A stretch of DNA of 64,000 bases. Origin: Longimicrobiales bacterium (lineage in GTDB: Bacteria; Gemmatimonadota; Gemmatimonadetes; Longimicrobiales; Gaopeijiaceae). This document shows positions 59,473 through 64,000 of this stretch, in pieces (the first letter of the stretch is position 1; each line of letters starts with the position of its first letter). The stretch is taken from contig CBDFIQ010000002.1 in assembly GCA_965248195.1 (NCBI GenBank), positions 256,001 to 320,000 on the forward strand. The letters are read 5' to 3'. Under the pieces are notes generated by a model, which was given only the letters and a program-made list of their open reading frames with translations, ran no database searches and was not told the DNA's origin. The position numbers and the translations under genes are program-made.

Positions 59473-61617
59473 TCAGAAACCCTTGAACGGGTTCGGTCCC
59501 ACCCGCTTGATGGTGTCGACGAACTCCTCCAATAGCCCCGGGATTCGATGCGAGTCCGTGATCTCCACTTCCATGAACCGCACCCGCTCGGCTTCCAAAG
59601 CCAACCGATCCAGGGTTTCGCGCACGTTTTCCATGCGGGTCTCCAAGAGCTCACTGCCACGAATGAAGTGACATTGGTAGTCCTCGCCCGCCTTGCATCC
59701 GAGTAACGCGACACCGTCGAATCCGCGAGAGACGGCATCGGCGATCAAGATGGCGTTGACGGATCCGAGGCAGCGAACTGGAATCACCCTCACGCAGGCC
59801 GGGTAGTGACGGCGCGCGATGCCCGTCATGTCCAAGGCGGGGTACGCGTCGTTCTCACAGGCGAAGACGAGAATCCGAGGTTTGTCCTCGTCGTCCTCTG
59901 GAATCTCCACGGCCTTGATCATGCTGGAGAGCATGTCGACGGAGTAGTCGTTGAAGGAGATGATCTGAACCGGGCAAGCGCCCATGCAGATGCCGCAGCG
60001 ACGACATCTGTTGGGGTCGAGCACCGGATGATTCTGATCGTCGACCTCCAAGGCGCTGAACGGACATTCTTGCGAGCACCGTCCACAGGAGGTGCACTTC
60101 TGCATGAAGAACTCCGGATACGAGAGATCGTGCACACGCGGGTGCACCGCTTCTCCCTCCGACGAAAGTTCGATGGACTGGATGGCCTTGAGGGCTGCCG
60201 CAGCACCGTCCTGCATACTGGCAGCCAGATCCGTCGCCTGGCGTACCGCACCCGCTGCGTAGATCCCCGTGCGCTCCGTTTCGTACGGGAAGCAGATAAA
60301 GTTCGAGTCGGCAAACCCGAACTGGGTGGTCGGCAACTCTCCGCCCTGAAGGTACTGGAGGTTCAGTGATTGGGACGGGGGCGAGTCAAACCCGGTCGGA
60401 ATCATGTCGGCGGACAGCACGAGCAGGTCGACCGCGATCCGCACCGGGCCTCCCAACACGGTCTTGTCGGCGTCGAACACGATCGAGCCGTCGTCGTCCT
60501 GGCCCACGTTTCGGATTTCGCCACACGAGAACAGAATCCGTGGATCCTCCTGGACACGTTTGTAGAAGTATTCGTGCTGTCCCGGCGTCTGCATGTCGCC
60601 GTAGAAGACGTACACGATCGAATCCGGACAAAGCTCGCGGAGATACAAGGCTTGCTTCAGGGCCACCAGGCTCCAGACGTTCCCTCCATACGGCAGATGG
60701 GCGTCGTCCTCGGGCGCGTCGCAGATCACGAAGGCCGCGTGTTTTACGGGACGTCCGTCCGACGGACGTCTGATGACCCGCTGCTGTGCCATCTCCTCAA
60801 CGGCCATCGTCGTGACGACGTTGGGATACGCGACCAGTCCGTAGGACTCGTGCCTGGCGGGATCGCCAGGCACCCAGCCGGTCGCGACGACGACGGCGCC
60901 CACCGTGGCCTGCTCGTCGCCATCACCGGTTCGGATCGTCGCGTCATAGTGTCCGGGTTGGCCCGACAGCTGCACGAGCTCTGCCCCGACCAGCGTGCGG
61001 ACATTGGGTAGGGAGGTCGCCTCTTGAATGCTGGCCTCGATGTCGACGGGCTCCAGGTCGCGGTAGGGCGGGCGTTTGGGAAACTGCCGATAGAGACGCG
61101 CGGCATAGCCGCCCAACTGCGCGGCCTTTTCCAAGAGGAGGACCTCGAAACCGGCCCGTCCGGCGCTCACGGCGGCGGCGAGCCCGGCGGAACCACCCCC
61201 GATGACCAGGATTCTGCGTTCGCGGGCGTCGGTGTACGGGCTCGGCGGGCTCGCTTTCTGGGCTCGGACAATGCCGATGCGAAGGTAATCATCGGCCAGA
61301 CTCTGGGTCTCCTCGTGTTTTGGAGGCTGACACCAGGCTACTTGCTCGCGGATGTTCACTCGCTCGACGAAGGCAGAATCGAAGCGGAAGACGTCGGTAT
61401 TGACGCGAGGTGAGCACGCGGCGATGACTACCCCGTCCACGCCGTTTCGCTCGATGTCTTCCTGGATGAGTCCGGCATCCTCGAGACAGAAAGCCGGAGA
61501 GGTCCGCACGACCGATACCGCGTTCTCGGGCGAGGCGATGTTGACGAGCTTTTCGGTGTCCAGGCAGTCGCTGATGCCGCACCCGCCGCACACGTACACA
61601 CCGAGCTTCTTGCTCAT
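59473..61617 (-). CDS. qmoB: Qmo subunit B (HdrA-like plus MvhD domain)
   Basis: GVYVC.GC, ERVNIREQ, FAD motif, GFADSNFICFPYE, two 4Fe-4S motifs, ACENDAYPA..CLGS..GC..C; start ATG 61617. Confidence 0.95.
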   Translation of the reverse strand: MSKKLGVYVCGGCGISDCLDTEKLVNIASPENAVSVVRTSPAFCLEDAGLIQEDIERNGVDGVVIAACSPRVNTDVFRFDSAFVERVNIREQVAWCQPPKHEETQSLADDYLRIGIVRAQKASPPSPYTDARERRILVIGGGSAGLAAAVSAGRAGFEVLLLEKAAQLGGYAARLYRQFPKRPPYRDLEPVDIEASIQEATSLPNVRTLVGAELVQLSGQPGHYDATIRTGDGDEQATVGAVVVATGWVPGDPARHESYGLVAYPNVVTTMAVEEMAQQRVIRRPSDGRPVKHAAFVICDAPEDDAHLPYGGNVWSLVALKQALYLRELCPDSIVYVFYGDMQTPGQHEYFYKRVQEDPRILFSCGEIRNVGQDDDGSIVFDADKTVLGGPVRIAVDLLVLSADMIPTGFDSPPSQSLNLQYLQGGELPTTQFGFADSNFICFPYETERTGIYAAGAVRQATDLAASMQDGAAAALKAIQSIELSSEGEAVHPRVHDLSYPEFFMQKCTSCGRCSQECPFSALEVDDQNHPVLDPNRCRRCGICMGACPVQIISFNDYSVDMLSSMIKAVEIPEDDEDKPRILVFACENDAYPALDMTGIARRHYPACVRVIPVRCLGSVNAILIADAVSRGFDGVALLGCKAGEDYQCHFIRGSELLETRMENVRETLDRLALEAERVRFMEVEITDSHRIPGLLEEFVDTIKRVGPNPFKGF

Positions 61618-62921
61618 CCACCAGGCCTCTGCGCGGCGCTCTGAATGGCCCCTATCGCCTTCACGGCGGCGGCCGTTGCGTCCTGCACGGCCGTGGCCAC
61701 GTCCACCGGTCCCCGGGCGCAACCGGCGGCAAAGAGACCAGGGGACGGCTGGTCGGGTAGTAGAAAGTGGTCCTCGTCGCACGCCAGGTCTGCGGTGGGC
61801 AGGCCGTTTTCGGCACTGGCCACCATCCCCGTGGCCAGCACCACCAGATCGACCGCGACCTGGCGCTTCTTCGGCGCCAGAATCTCCTCCGCCTCCACGA
61901 GCAGCTCCCCGGTTCGGGGATCGTCGGCGATCCGGCCGACCTTTCCCTTGATCACTTCCACGCCGGGGTCGGCTTGCACCTTTCGGGCGAAGAACTCGTA
62001 CGTCCCCGGCGTCCTCAGATCGATGTAGAAGATGAAGACTTTGGCGTCCGGATTTTGGTCGCGCACGTAGGTAGCCTGCTTCAACGAGCCGAGGCAGCAG
62101 ATCCCCGAGCAGTAGCCGAGGTGGGTCTCGTCTCGTTGTCCCGCACACTGGACGAACGCGACCTTGTTCACCGGCTCGCCGTTCGACAATCGGACGATCT
62201 TTCCGCCCGTCGGCCCGTTCGGCGAAGCGAGGCGTTCCATCATGACGTTGGTGATCACATCGGCGTAACGGCCGAAGCCCAGGTTGTCGATCCGCCCCGC
62301 GTCGTACGGTTTCCAGCCGGTCGCCAGTACCACGGCACCGACCTTCAAGGTGAACGTCTGCGGTTTCATGCTCAGATCGATCGCATCGTATGTGCATACG
62401 TCGACACAGCGCGCGCACTCAGCGAGCTGGCATACCGAATCGTCGATCGCGTACTTCATCGGAAACGCCAGCGGATGCGGAAGATAGATCGCCTTGGTCG
62501 TTCCCATCCCGAAGTTGAAAGCATCGGGTCGATCCGTCGGACAGACCGCCACACAGTCATTACAGGCGGTGCAGCGATCGTTGACGTAGCGCGGCTGCTG
62601 AGTGATCGTCACGTCGAGATCACCGGGCTCTCCGGATATGCTCTCGACTTCCGCTAGGGTGTAGAAGCGGATCAGACGGTTGTTTTTCAGGCGCTGAAAG
62701 TTGATCTCAAGGCCACAATAGGGTGGACACAGCTTGGGAAAATACTTGTGGAGCTGAGCGACACGCCCGCCAAGGTACGGCTCCTTTTCGATGACGACGA
62801 TGTCGTAGCCGGCCTCTGCTGCCTCCAAAGCGGCACTCATGCCAGCGATCCCTGCGCCCACGACGAGGATCGTCCGCGAGACTGACAGCGGAGGGGACGA
62901 TGACGCCGGCGTGGTTGGCAT
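61614..62921 (-). CDS. qmoA: Qmo subunit A (HdrA-like flavoprotein)
   Basis: VVGAGIAG, YFPKLCPP.CGLEIN, FVQCAG.RD, CS.ICC...LKQ, YIDLR. Confidence 0.95.
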   Translation of the reverse strand: MPTTPASSSPPLSVSRTILVVGAGIAGMSAALEAAEAGYDIVVIEKEPYLGGRVAQLHKYFPKLCPPYCGLEINFQRLKNNRLIRFYTLAEVESISGEPGDLDVTITQQPRYVNDRCTACNDCVAVCPTDRPDAFNFGMGTTKAIYLPHPLAFPMKYAIDDSVCQLAECARCVDVCTYDAIDLSMKPQTFTLKVGAVVLATGWKPYDAGRIDNLGFGRYADVITNVMMERLASPNGPTGGKIVRLSNGEPVNKVAFVQCAGQRDETHLGYCSGICCLGSLKQATYVRDQNPDAKVFIFYIDLRTPGTYEFFARKVQADPGVEVIKGKVGRIADDPRTGELLVEAEEILAPKKRQVAVDLVVLATGMVASAENGLPTADLACDEDHFLLPDQPSPGLFAAGCARGPVDVATAVQDATAAAVKAIGAIQSAAQRPGG

Positions 62922-62948
62922 CTGCTTTGATAACCTTTGAAATGAGCT

Positions 62949-64000
62949 CTAGGAAACCACCTGGATATAGGGCTTCTTGACCATGGTCCACTCCTTGGTG
63001 GCAGGGTCCCAGGTCGAGTTGGCGAAGCACTTCCAGTTCTCCTCGTCCAGCGTGGGGTAATCGGCGCGATAGTAGTAGCCCGGCCAGCGCGTCTCTTCCC
63101 GAAACATCATGTGCCGCATGTGCGCCTCGAGACACCAGATGCGGTCCCACACCTCCCAACAGCGGAGGAGGTCGTGCAGGTCTCGTGCGCCCAGCTTCTC
63201 AAGGTCCTCCTTGAGGAGATCCAGCATCTCGAGCCCGCGCTCCAGCATCTTCCCATTCGTGAGGTAGTACGCGCCGTGACCCGCAGCGTACTCATCGGCG
63301 ATCTTCTGAAGCCGCAGCAGGGCCTGCTTCGGCAAGATGTAGTGTGGGTTGACGTCGGGCTGGGTCGACGCGCCGACCCCGCGCTCGAACACTTCGATGG
63401 GCTGCCACAACTCTTTCTTGATCTCCTCGACGCGGTCCTGCTCCAGGTTGCAGTCATCGGGGTTGTCGTGGACGTACGCGACAGCAGCCTTGCCGGCAAA
63501 GCGTCCTTCGGTATAGGACCCTGACGAAAACTTATGCGCCGACCCGCTGACGCCGTCGCCGGCCGCGAAGAGCCCGTTGATGGTTGTCATGCGATTGTAG
63601 CCCCAGAAGTACTCCGGGGGCGCCAGGTCCTCCGGGCCGCTCACCCAGGCTCCGGTGGCCGACGCATGTGAGCCCATCAGATACGGTTCGGTCAGTACGA
63701 TCTCGGAAGGGGTCTTGGCGGGGTCGATGTTTTCCGACGCCCACAGCAGGGCCTGCGACATGGTCATGTTGAGAAAGTCTTCCCAGGCCTCGCTCTCGAT
63801 CTCCCGGATCTTCTTTTTGTCGTGCTGCGCGTCGGCGAACATCTTCTGGAGGGCTTCGTCGGTCCGAAGGTAGTGAGGTCCCCCGCCAGCGAGAAAATCT
63901 TGTAATAGCTGGTGATTTCGGAGTGGTGTCGGAATGGGCTTCTGCCCGCCATACGGTTCCCAATCCTTCAAGAGGTGGGCCCACTTTTCCTCCACCTTCT
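62949..64000 (-). CDS. aprA: adenylylsulfate (APS) reductase alpha subunit, C-terminal part (runs off the window)
   Basis: EAWEDFL.M, TEPYLMGSH, WVSGP, YNRMTT, HKFSSGS, RLQKI.DEY, FREETRWPGYYYR.DYP. Confidence 0.96.
   Translation of the reverse strand, partial: KVEEKWAHLLKDWEPYGGQKPIPTPLRNHQLLQDFLAGGGPHYLRTDEALQKMFADAQHDKKKIREIESEAWEDFLNMTMSQALLWASENIDPAKTPSEIVLTEPYLMGSHASATGAWVSGPEDLAPPEYFWGYNRMTTINGLFAAGDGVSGSAHKFSSGSYTEGRFAGKAAVAYVHDNPDDCNLEQDRVEEIKKELWQPIEVFERGVGASTQPDVNPHYILPKQALLRLQKIADEYAAGHGAYYLTNGKMLERGLEMLDLLKEDLEKLGARDLHDLLRCWEVWDRIWCLEAHMRHMMFREETRWPGYYYRADYPTLDEENWKCFANSTWDPATKEWTMVKKPYIQVVS

Noticed and set aside
61618..62418. 981-aa QmoB with a long N-terminal extension
   Set aside because: The extension is an off-frame read through qmoA; the conserved QmoB start is ATG 61617, overlapping the qmoA stop.

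Overview
GC-rich bacterial chromosome segment. Gene content and protein style suggest Gemmatimonadota, but this is inference. (1) 1-6.6 kb is a core block: purA, ffh, rpsP, rimM, trmD, rplS, rnhB. S16 carries an unusually long tail of 17-aa repeats that switches from acidic to basic. purA is preceded by a promoter, a uORF and a terminator hairpin. (2) 8.9-30.7 kb is an integration hotspot at tRNA-Lys(UUU). It holds two tandem integrase-less island remnants bounded by tRNA 3'-end duplications and a nested unit bounded by tRNA-Ser(CGA) att-like repeats. It also holds an IS21 with the same IS3 element inserted exactly 31 bp inside each end, a further nested IS, and a prophage remnant (xis-int). 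(3) 30.7-56.6 kb is accessory metabolism and signalling genes, broken by two IS256 copies without target duplications that truncate neighbouring genes, plus tRNA-Asn. (4) 56.7-64 kb is a dissimilatory sulfur module: aprA (partial)-qmoA-qmoB-qmoC-sulP. No CRISPR array or rRNA was seen. All calls come from reading the sequence and recognising motifs; no database search was run.
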